Shown in pieces: positions 48,950 through 62,446 of a stretch of DNA of 64,000 nucleotides. The notes under the pieces were generated by a model. That model worked only from the letters and a program-made list of their open reading frames with translations, searched no databases and had not been told where the DNA came from. Within the stretch, counting starts at the first letter, position 1, and every line of letters begins with the position of its first letter. The stretch is from Hemiscyllium ocellatum (taxonomy: Eukaryota): contig NC_083407.1 in assembly GCF_020745735.1 (NCBI RefSeq), positions 29,813,857 through 29,877,856 on the forward strand, read 5' to 3'. A program made the position numbers and the translations under genes.

Positions 48950-50010
48950 AAATAAGGAACAGGAGAAAGACTTGCAGCCCATTTGATAATTTTTCAACAC
49001 CTAGTTTAACAAGAAACTGTCTGACTCTTCCTTAATAATATTCAAAAACTCTCCTTCCACCATTTCTTCTGGACCAGACTTCCAAAGATTCTCAACTCTA
49101 TAAGAGAAAACATTTTCTCTTATCTCTGTTTTAAATAGTTAACTACTCATTTTTTGAACAGTGACCTCTAATTCTAGTTTTTTGTATAATGGAAACCATC
49201 TTCTCCATATTTGTCTTGTTAAGACTCTTTAGAGTTCTTACATTTCAATCCAAATGCCTCTAATTTTTCTAAACTCAGGGAAGATAAGCCTAGCCTTTCT
49301 AACTGGTCCTTAGAAGACATTTTGACCATTCCATGAATTACTCCAGTAAACCTTCCTTGCAATTACATCCTTTCTTAAGTAAGGTCATTAGTGCTGTGAA
49401 CATTACACCAAATTCAATCTGTATTCATTATGCCAAATTCAAACCCCATATAACCACCTGACTTTTGTATTCAGTATTGTATTTCCCTCACAATCAGAGA
49501 ATGCCTACAGTGTGGAAGCAAGCCATTCGACCCATTGAGTCTAAACCGACCCTTTGAAGAGGATTCTACTTAGACCCACCCCCCCATCCTATCCTGTAAC
49601 CCTGCATTTCCCATGGCCAATCCACCTAACCTGGACATCCCTGAACACTATGAGTAACTTAGCATGTCCAATTCACCTGAGCTGCACATCTTTGGATTGT
49701 GGGGGGAAACCAGAACACCCTGAAGAAACCCATGCAGACACGGGGAGAAACTCCACACAGGTAGTTGTCCGAAGCTAGACTTGAACCTGGATCCTTGGCA
49801 CTGTGAGGCAGTGTTGCTAACCATTGAGCCACCATGCTGCCCTAAATAAATGACAATATTCTATTAGCTTTCTTAATTACTTCCTGCATCTGCTTGGTAT
49901 CTTTTTGTAATTCATGCATGAGGTCACTTAGATGCTCTGCAGCATCTCGCATTTTAGATAATATGTTTTTATTTTAATTTTCCTGCTGAGAAGGGACAAT
50001 TGCATATTTG
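48950..50010 (-). mobile_element. Old CR1 3' fragment interrupted by HE1
   Basis: Reversed CR1 tail at ~48950 and degenerate ORF2 C-terminal similarity on both sides of the SINE. Confidence 0.55.
49493..49843 (-). mobile_element. HE1-type SINE, near full length
   Basis: Reversed head GGCACTGTGAGGCAGTGTTGCTAACCATTGAGCCACCATGCTGCCC and tail CCTACAGTGTGGAAGCAAGCCATTCG. Confidence 0.87.
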
Positions 50011-50013
50011 CAA

Positions 50014-50730
50014 TTTTTGTGAAGATTTGTAGCTCAGGCTGTAAGTTTGCTCACTAACCTGGAAGGTTTGTTCTCAGATGTTTCATCACCATGTAACATC
50101 ATCAGTGAGCCTCTGTTGAAGCGCTGGTGTACAGTTTCCATTTATGTGTCTTGGTCTGTTGTGCTGAGTGATATCACTTCTGGTTCTTTTTCTGAGTGGT
50201 TGGTAATTGGGATCCAAATCAATGTGTTTGTTGATTGATTTCCAGTTTGAATGTCAGGCCTCTAGGAATTCCTATGGTTTATCTTGGTTTAACCTGTCCA
50301 AGGATGGTTGTATTGTCCCAGTCAAACTGGTGTTCCTTGTTGTCTGTGTGTAAGGATACTAGTGATAGTTGATCGTGTCTTTTGGAGGCTAGTTGGTGTT
50401 CATGTATCCAGGTGGCTAGTTTCTGCCAGTCTGTCTAATGGAATGTTTGTTGCAGTTCTTGCAGGGTATTTTGTATATGACGTTCATTCTGATGGTTGTT
50501 GGTATGGGGTCCTTTAGATTCATCAAGTTTCAGTGTGTTGGTAGACTTATTGGCTATCATAATGTCTAGGGGCTGACGTAGTCTGGTCATTATCTCTGAG
50601 ATGTCTTTAATGTATGGTAGTGTGGCTAGAGTCACTGATTGTATTGTGTCTTCTTGTTTATGTTTGTTATGTAAGAATGAGAGGACTGTACTTATTGGGT
50701 ACTCTTTGTTTTTGAATACATTGTGTAGGT
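50014..50730 (-). mobile_element. Penelope-like element 3' fragment (different lineage) with GIY-YIG remnant and hammerhead motif
   Basis: ATLPYIKDISE, NVIYKIPCKNCNKHSIRQTGR, IHEHQLA; CTGATGA-T-GTTAC-ATG-GTGAT-GAAACATC at ~50077-50105. Confidence 0.85.
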
Positions 50731-51984
50731 GTTTTTCTTCAGCACAAATAGAGCTGCATCAGGACATTATTTAAATGAGCCACAACACACTGCAGCACCC
50801 ATGAATGATGAGATACCAAAGAAAAACACATACATAATGTCTTCAAAAACAACTTTAAATATTGAAAGAAAGTTTTGCTACCTGTTCTTATGTTTCTGGC
50901 CAGCTTTTTTTCATAAGTGATGAATGGCAGTCTCATCGAGGTGACAGCGATACTAATTTTTAAATGCGGCTGGCTACTCCCAAGAGTCCACTAGGGATCA
51001 ATGTGGGATCTCTCAATCTTAAATCCATAAATGTATTAAAGACTGTTAGCGATGCAATTTGTGATAGATCACACTACTTCATCTAATTTCCCCATGATAA
51101 CATCAGTGCTGTAGCTCAATGTCATGACTCAGTTGGGTGGTGCATTGAAATCAAGCCCCACTATTCCCAGAGTTGTCACAAATGTGAACATTTGATTAAA
51201 TAACTGAACAACCCAATTTCACTTCCTTGCCTAAATTCAGGCTTCAAAAATCTGCACACCAGATTTTCATCAAAAAGAAAATAGCTATTTATTATAATTG
51301 AATTGTACTCAATAAATAGCAAGAAGAGAAAACATCAGTTGTTAATTTATAACTCAACAGTTTAAACTTTACTCCATTCTTAAAATTTCCAAAGACATAC
51401 ACTCAAGGGGACAAGGCATTAAGTATTATTGATAAGGACAGAAAAAAAAGTCAGAGGATCAAGTTCTGGGAACCCATCTAGAACATAGACAGTGAACTGT
51501 TTGCTTTCAGTTCCTTTTGATTCCTTTTGACACTTTGCTGAGAACATGAGGTTGTAGATGTTCCAATTCTCAGCCTATCATTCATTTTCAATGAATGACA
51601 ATTCATCCTTCTCATGCCTGTAAGCTGATTTTCTCTTTCCCTTATCCTTTGAGCAAAGGAATTTGCAGAGAGAGTAGTGTACAGGTAAATGGTGAATGAG
51701 AACAACTACAAGGACATTTCAGTAACTTCTCATAAAAGAGAAAGAGTTTTATATGCTTTTGTTTTGCAAACTAGAAGTTTCACATCCATTATCTCCATTC
51801 AAATCTGTTGCTACTAGTCCAGGAATCAATCAAGAAGTTGTGACTTTGCTGAGTTACCTTGACACCACAGAACAAAACAATTAAATGACTTTCTCTGAGT
51901 AGAATTTCTCTGAACACATGTGCAGTATCAAATGTCTACCACCCTCCTTTGCTGCTTGAATAAGGCAACATTGTATGCATAATC

Positions 51985-52135
51985 ATAAAACCATAACATA
52001 TAGAAGCATTATGAGGCCATTCCACCCATCGAGACTGCTCTACTATTCAATGAGATCATTGTTAATCTGATAGTTCTCAACTCCAACTTCCTGTATTTTC
52101 TCAATAACCCTCGACTCCCTTACTGCTTAAAAATC
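51985..52135 (-). mobile_element. CR1 3' UTR fragment
   Basis: CATAAAACCATAACATATAG..GGCCATTCCACCCATCGAG, like 35625-35670. Confidence 0.65.
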
Positions 52136-54427
52136 ACAGTCACACTGATGGTTAGTGAAAAGGAAACCAGATTGCAAAGATGGCCCAGCCTCTTCTAGGG
52201 TTTTAAACAGATGGCAGTGACATCATTTCCTCTTATCATTCTGAAGTACAGGAATAAGAATGTGTGGCAGGTAAATTGTTTTATTTATTCAGATAAATAA
52301 ACTGTTGAATAATATTTAATCAAAAAAATCTGTGGTGTATGAATTATGTAATCCATCATAAATTTATAACTTTTCTCCCTTCATACGTGCCAGGCCATTG
52401 ATTTGATTTACAACCATTAGTTGTACAGATACTTGGTTGAAATTTTGTTGCTTTCTGGTTGTTGCCAACATATCTTCAAACATTGGTTGTATCGGTTCGT
52501 TATTGAGCAATTTCTTCCATTTTTGGCAACATCATTTATCTTTCAAAAAAAAACTGGCAGAAAAAAGAAATTTCCTTTTGTGCCACAGAACAGACAAATT
52601 TAATTTGATTCCACTGAAAGAGTGAAGGATGTTCATTGTACCTGTACTGGAGATGGACAATTCCACATATGCAAGTAATCATTAAGCAATTGTCAGAGTC
52701 ATTAGTACCAAATGAACTGTCAGGCCAGGCTTTAGCAAATACCCATTTTAAATTAATTACATTGTGGTCGTAGCTCCTCCTATCTCACCAAAGTGCTAAG
52801 CAATTGTATAGTACTTTGCATTGGGTCTGACAGCATTATTTTAGGATTGTATTATTTACCTTATGTCATACATTTATTTTTGTTCCTGAAAAAGAAAAAG
52901 GTAATTAATATGGCTCACTATTGGAAAGGTGTACTGTTTTCAGAACTATATGGAACATGGGTGTTTAGATAAGAGCAAAGGAAAACTATTTCTTTCCTCT
53001 GATTACTTGATCTGGAAAGTGTTCTTTGCCCACAGCTGTAGTCAATTTTTAGTATGTTCACCCAACAGTACTGTGTTTAAGTTTAAATAAAATGGTTATA
53101 GGATGACATAAGGACATTTCAGGTTGACATGCTTTTGAATGTCTAAATACATTAATTTTAATCTAGTGGGCAATTATAAACTTGGAGCCATTTCCAATGC
53201 TTTTCATGGTCCTTTGGCAGCCTAACACTACAGTGGCTTCCCCTTCACGATAAAATGGCAAAATTTACTGCAACAACGTGTTAATAAGCTCTTCCAATCA
53301 GTTTGGTTCAGTTGACAAACATAAGGTAATGATAACCATTCAGAAATTCAAACTGATATGTTTTACATTATTGTTCATCGATTTAACACCTTATTCAATT
53401 TTCTAGGGAGGAGGGCATTTGTCCTGATATGAAAATTATTCACCACTCTGCAGGGAATAGCATTAAAATAAGGACAAATGACATGATTGGAAAGTCAAAA
53501 TAAAATGTATCCCTGGTGCCTCCAAGTTGTGTAGTTTACAGTTAAGTGATTCTATGGGAGCGTTTTTGCCAGAATTTCAAGGTCCTTCTAAACTTTTTAT
53601 TATCTTTTTTATTTGTTTTTTGTGTATTTTTTGTTGGTCAATTTATGCCAGGTATTCTGGCACGACTATTGATTTGGTATGTTGACATTACATTATGGAA
53701 GTAATGCTTTTTCCCTAATAAGAATTATTATATCTTTGCAACAAGAAAGATCAATGGAACAATGCCAATCCTGGCTGGTGGGGAAAGTATCCTGTAGTGG
53801 ATGGAGGCCACTGTCTTCAACATTATTTCCTTCTTTAACACTTGCACTTCCCTGATCATCAATTGAGAGGTCGGAGTATGGCACAGATCCAGCACAAGAC
53901 CACAAATCCACTCATTGTGCTAACTATTGGGTGTTGCTAAACATTTTTGCTACCTTAATAAAAGATTAAACCCACTAAAAACATTGCCACCAGTATTCTT
54001 ATCCACATCTGCTCATAGTATACCTTGACCTCTGGCAGCTTGAAAACCTGTGCATTTTAATTTGTTATTTAAAAAGGTAAAAGAAACATTTTAAACTTGT
54101 TTACCACATCTTTGGCTTGCACCCAGGATCCCAGAGACCTGTCAATCTATGAAGGCTTAAGTATTCGTCTTTCTTCTCTATGTTGATTAAGTCAACAATT
54201 ACAGCCAGAGAAATATCTAGGACAATGGAAATGCCCATCATTCAAATTAAAACAACTGTGCTGACACCTAACACAATCCCACTTGCAGAAACCTCCAGGA
54301 AGTATCAATGGGTACAAACAGTTTATATAACAGATTACCAGCTTGCCAAACCTGGTCAGACATAACTAAGAGGTAACTCACCCCTTTGTGACTTTTGGCA
54401 TCAGGAAGTAACGATGGTTTAGTTGAT

Positions 54428-54700
54428 ATCATAAAATTCCCTACAGTGTGGAAGCAGGCCATTTGGCCCACTCTGTCCTCACCGACTCTCTGAAGAACAT
54501 CCCATCCAGACCCATCCCCCTACCCTAACTCTGTCACCTTGCATTCCTCATGGCCAATTTACCTAACCTGCACACGGTTGGACTGGGGGAAGAAACCCAA
54601 TCAGACACAGGGAAAATGTGCAAACTCCATACAGTCAGTTGTCCAAGGGTGGAATTGAATCTGGGTCCCTGGTACTGTGAGGCAGCAGTGCTAACCATTG
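54428..54700 (-). mobile_element. HE1-type SINE
   Basis: CCCTACAGTGTGGAAGCAGGCC tail; CTGTGAGGCAGCAGTGCTAACCA head. Confidence 0.85.
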
Positions 54701-55339
54701 AATTACAGTGCAGCAATATGATTGGTAAAATGTAGCACCTTCTATTATACAATATGCATCATCTGTGGCCATTTGCTTTATGGAAGTTCAGTGTACTCAT
54801 GTGTTTTATTGCACCGTTGGTGTAGAGAGTTTGAAGATGATAGGAAAGGGAAATTCTCCATTACTGATCCCTATCTGAGGTACAGGTCTTCAGACATCTT
54901 CCAAGTAATTGTGATCTGGTCCATGCATGTAATAGGTGACTGTGGCAGCAGAGAGTCCCCATCACACTCTGTAGATGTGCCTGTCTCTGAATACTACTTC
55001 AGAGTCCCCATTCAGCTTTCAATTCTGCATAGAAGGGTTTATAAAAAGAGGCTTGTTTAAGTGCTATCTGTGAAAAACAAGCACAAATAAATAAACTTAT
55101 GGATCTTTTTGGAATATGAGAAATAATGATCCAAAATGATTGCAAGGAATGGAAAACCAAAGCAATAACACTGACCAGCTAAAATGGTCAATCAAATGTT
55201 TGGCTACACAATAATGTGTGGGTGAAATCCTGATCAAACTGTAAAAAAATTAAATACTGTGGTCAAATGTACTTCTTCCTGTTGTCACCATCAAGATAAA
55301 AGGAAGGCACGTGAGTCCAAGAGGCAATGCAGAACTCAT

Positions 55340-56205
55340 CTGAAACAGTATCCAAAATAAGTGCACATTGAAATAGACAGGCAGTGGGTTTCATAGGGAT
55401 GTGACTTCAAGAGAATCAGGACTGGGTACTAAATATTCAAGGATATGCGTCCCATCAAAAGGGCAGGCAGATGAGGCGGGGTTGCCTTGTTGGTAAGAAA
55501 TGAAGTTAAATCGATAGCCAGTAGTGTTATAGAGGTGGAAAGCGTGAAATCTGGGTGAGTAGAGATGAGGAACTGCGAAGTTAAAAAGACACTGATGGGA
55601 GAGTGTATAAGCCTCCTAGCAGTAGTCAGGATTTGGAGAAGAAAATATATCAGGAGATAGAAAAAGCACGTAAAAAGGCACTAGTACAATAATCACAAGG
55701 GACTTCAATATAGAATGGACTGGGAAAATCAGTTAATAGTGATCTCAAGGAAAAGGTGGCATGGTGAGTCAGTGGTTAACACTTCTGCTTCACAACATCA
55801 GTTCAATTTCACCCTTGGGCAAACTGTGTGAGTTTGCACATTTGTCCTGTGTCTATGTAGGTTTCTTCTCACAGTCCAAATATGTACAGGTTAGATGGAT
55901 TGACCACACTAAATTTCCCATCACATCCAGAGATGTGTGGGTTAAATCTATTAGCCATGGGAAATACAGAGCTATCAGGATTGGGGATGTCGCTCTTCAG
56001 AGAGTCAGTATGGGCTGAATGGCCTGCTCCTACATTGTAGGGATTCTATGAATTTGTGAAACATCTATGAGACTTCTTTGGAGCAGCTTGTGGGAAAGCC
56101 CACTATGGGGAAGGCAGTTTTGGATTTAATGCTGTGTAATGAAGCAAAGGGAGTTGCAGGTAAAGGAACTCCTAGGGAGCAGTGACTGTAATTTGATAGA
56201 ATTAA
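55340..56205 (+). mobile_element. Old CR1 APE-domain fragment interrupted by HE1
   Basis: DWVLNIQGY, GVALLVRNE, YKPPSS, RDFNI, VLDLMLCNE, SSDCNLIE. Confidence 0.72.
55755..56052 (+). mobile_element. HE1-type SINE
   Basis: GGTGGCATGGTGAGTCAGTGGTTAACACTTCTGCTTCACA head; CATTGTAGGGATTCTATGA tail. Confidence 0.8.
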
Positions 56206-58054
56206 GAGTCAGTTAAGAGTCAACCACGTTGCTATGGGTCTGGAATCACATGTTGACCAGATCAGGTAAGGACAAAATTTTCCTTCTTTAAAGTAAATTT
56301 TTGGTTATTTCTGACAATTGTCAATAGCTTCATGATCATTAGATTCTTGATTCCAGATTTTTATTGAATTCAAGTTCCACTATCCACCATAGCAGAATTT
56401 GAAACCAGGTCCCCATAACATTAGCTGGGTCTCTGGATTGGCAGACAGTAGTAATGTTTATTTGAAGAGCTGGTGCAGACATAGTGGGCTGAAAGGCCCC
56501 CTCTTTTGTGATAACATACCTCTGATTCTTTGCTATATTAAGGCTTTTCATATTCATCAGTAACTTGTGATCTTGTGAGCATTTAAGTAAGTACTGCCAT
56601 AATAAAAAAAAACACATGCCTTTGAGTTCATTAGATTTATTCTCAACTGACCACTCTGTAAGTAAAAATCAATCACTATTTTGAAATTAAAATGTAAAGA
56701 CTCTCCAAATCCCTTTCTATTGAGGTAAATTGTATTGAATTTGATTTCAAACTCTGATCAACAGTTGTCTGCACTGAGCAAAATTGCTATACAACCACAA
56801 TTATCATTGTCAAATTAACACACTGTGTATTAATGGCAGCCAATCACACTGCATCATCAGTGTCTGCCACAGTCCAACCAGAGATAACTTCATGACACTA
56901 AAATCAGATCAATAGACATGTTTCTTTATTATTTTATTTTACTTTCAAGGCTTTAAACATCACATTTCTTTTTGGCGCTGTTGCACATTTTCATTGCGTA
57001 GTTCCTGTTGTGCTAAGTTTATTGACCTGGCTGTTCACGTACTAAGAGTTATGCATGTTTGAGGGTTGAAGCAATTTGTTTGGTCTTGCTGCCTGGTTTT
57101 TCATATGTATTTTACAGTTGGGATTAAGGATATGTCAGATACAATCCTAAATGATATGTTTCTGCTTTAACAAGCTTTTGTTTTTTTTTATTATGTAATC
57201 GTGACCACCTCTGGGAAATCACAGGCATCCCAGCATTGTTTAGTTAGAATCTCACACTTCCAGCTCTTGCCTACACACATTATAGGCCCAGTTTCAATTG
57301 TGAGGAGGCATTTTTGTTTTCACTGGAATACCTTTGAACACAGAACAACTGAGTAGGCAAAACCTCAAGATGACCATAATGACCTACTCTAATGATACTT
57401 AATTACTTTTGGCTATACAGTTGATAATTAGATGGGGGTCCAATTAACTCCCACCCAGATACTTTTTCAATAGTTGGCACGGTGTCCATGAGGTATTTAG
57501 AAAAGCAGGGAAAATATGTGGGGCACTAGCACATTTTAATAGAAATATAGTTTTAATATTTCCACAGAAAATAATTGGGAATTTATAATGTTTTATATTT
57601 ATGAAATCCAATCTTATTCTGACCCTGATATTTTGATGAAAGTCATCTTATTACTTATTATTTTAGCAATTCATGGAAAGAAAAATTATGCAATGGAAAA
57701 ATCATGGGGTCATCGAGGTCTTATTTCTTGATGACATCACATAATAGTGTTTAAGTTTAATTGGCATGTAAGAAATTATTATGTTCCCTTTCAAATGAAC
57801 TTTAATAGGTAGATCTAGCACTAAAATATAATGTGCTGCAGTTGATTATTCCTCAGCACAGCGAATGTTCATTATTCCCCTAAATCCTCCAAGCATAGAC
57901 CTGGATCACATTTCAGTGAAGGATTTTACAGTGTAAGCCTCTTGATTTTTAAACCTAAGGAATGAAGAGATGAAAAATGAGTATATCTATTTTATGTGGA
58001 CGTTTTTTGATGTGAGGGCCTCGAGTCTCATATCCAATACAAATACCCTGAAAT

Positions 58055-58232
58055 AAAATCCTACATTCAGTAAATCCTGGTACTCCCTCTCTAACAGCAC
58101 TGTGAGTGTACCTTCATTACATGAGGTACAGTGGTTCAAGAAGGCTTATCATCACCACCTTCTCTAGGGCAGTTAGGGATTGCTATTAAATGATGACCCC
58201 ACCAGTGACACCCACATCCTATGAATGAGTAA
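58055..58232 (+). mobile_element. 3' tail of the 28.8-30.4 kb LINE family (or a SINE sharing it)
   Basis: GGTTCAAGAAGGC..CACCACCTTCTCTAGGGCAGTTAGGGAT..CCCACATCCTATGAATGA. Confidence 0.65.
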
Positions 58233-61200
58233 AACAGGGGGTTGTTTGCTTCAGCCATTGATGTGTTTTCTGCCCAAATTCAAATTTCAGCTTTCATACA
58301 AAAGAGTATACAACAACTCTCACTAGGTTGGTTGTGTACACTGTAACTATTCTTGTAACTGAAGAAGCTGTACCTACGCACCTCTGTACATAAGATGGCA
58401 TTGTAAGGGGAGACTTATAAACCTTTCACTATACTCATTTGAGTGCCAATCACAGTTAATGTCAATCACAGCTTCTCTTAGCAATTTGAGAGCTAATATC
58501 CCAATTATTAACTCCTAAATGATCCATCTCTCTATTGATGACATAAGAAGGAGTTGTTCACAATACCAGGGGTGTCATTGCCCATGTTGAACTCTCCATA
58601 TTTCACTCTGACATGCATGATCATACATAGATGCAAACTTTCTGCCACTTTAAGTCAGTATCTGTTTCAGCAAAATCCCCTTTTAAAAGTTTAATCTATG
58701 AGCCCAGTCAGTAAGATAATTCCATACAGCATATATTTGTGATAATATTTATTTTCAGGAAATCTCTGCTAGTCCGACACTGGATTTCAGCCAAGCAGTA
58801 TGACATGTAGAGACAGAGAAAGGGTTGACAGAGCTGCTTTGTCAGGTACAATATCGTTCATCTGCATGATGGGCAAAATTCTCCTAGACCCTGATTGATC
58901 AGGACAATGCAAGACAATTGGGAATAGATACGGAGAATGGAAGAATGAGCTTCTTGATGTTGAGTTAAAATGTCAGATTTATGTTTATATATTCAACAGC
59001 TAGCTAAAATTCTCACATCTCAGCAGCAAGGAACATACTTATTTGCATAACATTTTATTATTACCTAACCCTCACCTTCTTTCTATGCAGCCTGTATTTC
59101 CATTGGCAGCAGAGACAACATTCCCTCAAAGATCCATGGCTTTGTCCACTCCAGTGTTCGGCATTTGGTGATTGGAATCGGCATGCTAGTCACGGCATTA
59201 ACCTCTGGATCCTGCTACACATGGACCTCAGAAGCTCACACAATCAGAAAGAAACCAAAAGGGAAATGTGGACCCTGGTGGCTGCAGTTTGCCAGCATCT
59301 TCAGAAGGCATTCACTCTGGCTGGTATTCCCCAAAATCTTAAGGTATGCTCCATGGACAGCATCCATTTATGTCCTCCACACAGGTTGGCATTAACAAAG
59401 CACCAGCCTCACAATATCATCATGGCACATCTCAAACTCACATAATATATTTCACTTGTACTATGGAGATGACTGTTATCTTACATTGCAATGTTGCTGT
59501 TATTCTGCTTTGCATGCAGTGAGAGGCACCCATTTCATTCATCAGAGCAGCATGAGGCTCAAAACTCTTATTTTGCTTTCTTAACACGCACTCATCTTTT
59601 GCCTACTTGGATGCCCACAACATCTCTGCTCAGTCATGGTATGTTGCTCTTTGCCTCCTCATTCAGACTTTAAGCTCTCAAGTACTTTCTCACACAAACA
59701 TAATCCGGGCAGTTAGTCATGTTTGTGGTTGACTCAGAACTGCCTTCTGAAAAATGGTCTTGTAAGACAATTGGTTTAAGAGCAAGTAGGCATGGGCAAT
59801 AACTATTAGTTTTGCCAGCTATACTCACATCGGAAAAAGAATTAATAATATAACAGTATACAATAGATGAATGCTGTGATATATTCTCTTGAATTACTGT
59901 ATCAATTCTGGTACACAAACACTGAGACTGGGTTCTCTCTAAGACCAAATAATAGAAGATTTATTCACATAGCAGATAAATGGGGTTGGAGGAAAGGAGT
60001 TCTGAGTGCAAGGACCTTTTGGGAGGTCATCAGGAAATGAATTAATTAATTAGCAATTGAATAGGATGGGAGTTCAAGGAAGTAAGAAAGGACCTCATGG
60101 ATTGGAAGAGTTTTGGAAGTCCAAGCAAATGACAGGGAGATATTAAAGGAAACTAGGAGTTCAGGCCAGGATAAATAAGGGGGAAGAGGAGATAGCTGAA
60201 ATGGCAAACATCAACCAATCCTCTGTCCTACTTCCATCATCCATCATCAGAATACTAACCAAGGGTTCTAATTTATTGGTGTTATCCACACTAACCATCC
60301 AATTATTCGCCAAACTCTCTGTGACTGCTTATTCACTGAAACCATCATAAACACTAGCAACATCCAAAGCAGTCATTTTCCTGGGGAGATTATGAAACAT
60401 TGCAACAACAACATTTGAATTATTTAGAATGACCAACAGATTCCCATCACTAAACTGTAGATTATGTATATTTGTACTTGCTGAGATTTGGTAGTTTACA
60501 CAATGCAGTGAAAAGGTTACTTGCATTCATAATAAACACTCTGTGTGACTCACATGACTAGCAATGGCTCATTCGTAGTTTTCTTAGGGAAATGCCACAG
60601 AAATAGAGAAAAGGTACATTTGCATATTGTGGTATTTGATCCGAAGGATGCTCATAATCAATTGACAGGTGCTGCAGTATAATTTAATTATACTTTTCAG
60701 AAATTTCACAGGAGTATAACATATGTATAGTTTATTATAATAATGATTGTGTCCTTTTATTTCTCTTCAAATGATCCTGAATAGAGAATCCTGCAGATTA
60801 TATTGTTTGCTGAGCTGTGATGCACATGTGGCACATTTGCTTTTGTTTCTTCAAAGCTCAAGACTGCTGTGCAGCAATAAACAAGTCACTTTTCTATGGG
60901 AGAACCCCCTAGGAGTGTCTCTGTGGAGAGTAGCTCTTGATTCATTCACATCAGTGTGACTCCAGTCTTGCACTTCCACTGCCAAAGTGCTGCTTTTCCA
61001 CAGCGCTGGAATGACTCCAGAGTAAACAACTGAGTATGCACTGTTTAACCAGGAACCCAAAGGCACACGGCAGCAGTGAAATAATTTCCCATTGCCACTT
61101 CACATTTTCTTGCATTTGTGTGGAAATTAATCAAAATTTCTCAGCAGTCATTTTACATGCTGAAGACAATTTAATGAATTTTCAAGGGTACTTTCCACAT

Positions 61201-61721
61201 TTGATTTACTGGCTTGGTGCGCGCTTTGGTTTATATGCATATACCAAATAATGTTTTCAGAAATACTGTTTCCACATTTTATGAATAGTGTAGGATGTTT
61301 CATTATTGTTTGGCTAGTGACTGCTATTGCCTTTTCTTCGAGAAAATTCCACTTTATCTGTTAATACTTGCACATCATCTGACCACTAAAGGTCACTGTT
61401 GATTCAGTTTTGTTGTAACACTAACATGAGCGCCAACTTTAACCGTACCTGCTATCAGTTTCTGTCCAGCAGGTGGACATTTAAAATCAGTTGACTGACT
61501 TGCTGTCGGTTTCCAGCAGGATTCTCTCATTTTGAATTTTAACCATCCTTCCGATCAGGCAGGCAAAATACCTGCCTAATGTAGGCAACTTCATTCTTTA
61601 AATATGCGAATTATTGCCCATCAATATCATGGAGTGCTGATGTTTTTTTTCACCAGGTACAACCAAGCATGAAGAGGACTTGAAACTGTAAAGCCCATTC
61701 AAAATAAATATATGGCTTTCT

Positions 61722-61985
61722 GAAACAAAGGCAAAGTACTGCAGATGCCACAGTTTTGAAATAAATGAGAAAATGTTGGAGAAATTCAGCAGGTTGTCAG
61801 CATCAGTAGGGAGAGAAACAGAGTCAATGTTTTAAGTCTAATATAACTCTTCTTTGTAATATCATTCTTCTTTAGAACTCTTTTTCTGAAGAATAGTCAT
61901 ATTGGACTCAAATCATTAACCCTGTTTCTCTCTCCACAAATGTTGCCAGACCCTCTGAGTTTCTCCAGCACTTTGTATTTATTTC
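61722..61985. mobile_element. Inverted dimer of Penelope-terminal sequence (old)
   Basis: Arms TGGAGAAATTCAG..GAGAGAAACAG and CTGTTTCTCTC..CTGAGTTTCTCCA; CTGAAGA-AT-AGTC-ATATTG-GACT-CAAA near 61886-61912. Confidence 0.68.
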
Positions 61986-62356
61986 GGGTTTTTTAAATGT
62001 GTCTGGGCCCCATAATTAAATATAAGGACTCCTATATCTCCTGTAGCACAAGATCCACCCCTTTCCCACCACCTCCACAAAGCTAGTTTCCTACACTTAC
62101 CTGAGTGTATTAATTTCCTTCGGTCAATAGCCATTTCCACCTTTATTTTTCCCTCTCTCATTAGTAAACTGGTAAATGGAGTGTTTAAGGAATCCAATAT
62201 TTCCCAAACAAAGATCCGCTGGCAGTTATAATTCCTCCTTAATTTCCCATTTTTGGAATAATTGTCTATTGTTGGGAAGGCATTGGTGCTGGGAATGAAA
62301 AAGGAGGAGAACCTAACAGAAGCAGGATTCCTAAGGAATATTTCTCTTAATTTGGC

Positions 62357-62446
62357 CCTTTCAATAACAATGGATATAAATCCAGTAAACTGTTTATGGC
62401 ACCTTTCAATAACAATGGATATAAATCCAGTGAACTGTTTATGGCA
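62357..62446. repeat. 45-bp tandem duplication (2 copies, 1 mismatch)
   Basis: CCTTTCAATAACAATGGATATAAATCCAGT(A/G)AACTGTTTATGGCA twice. Confidence 0.95.
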
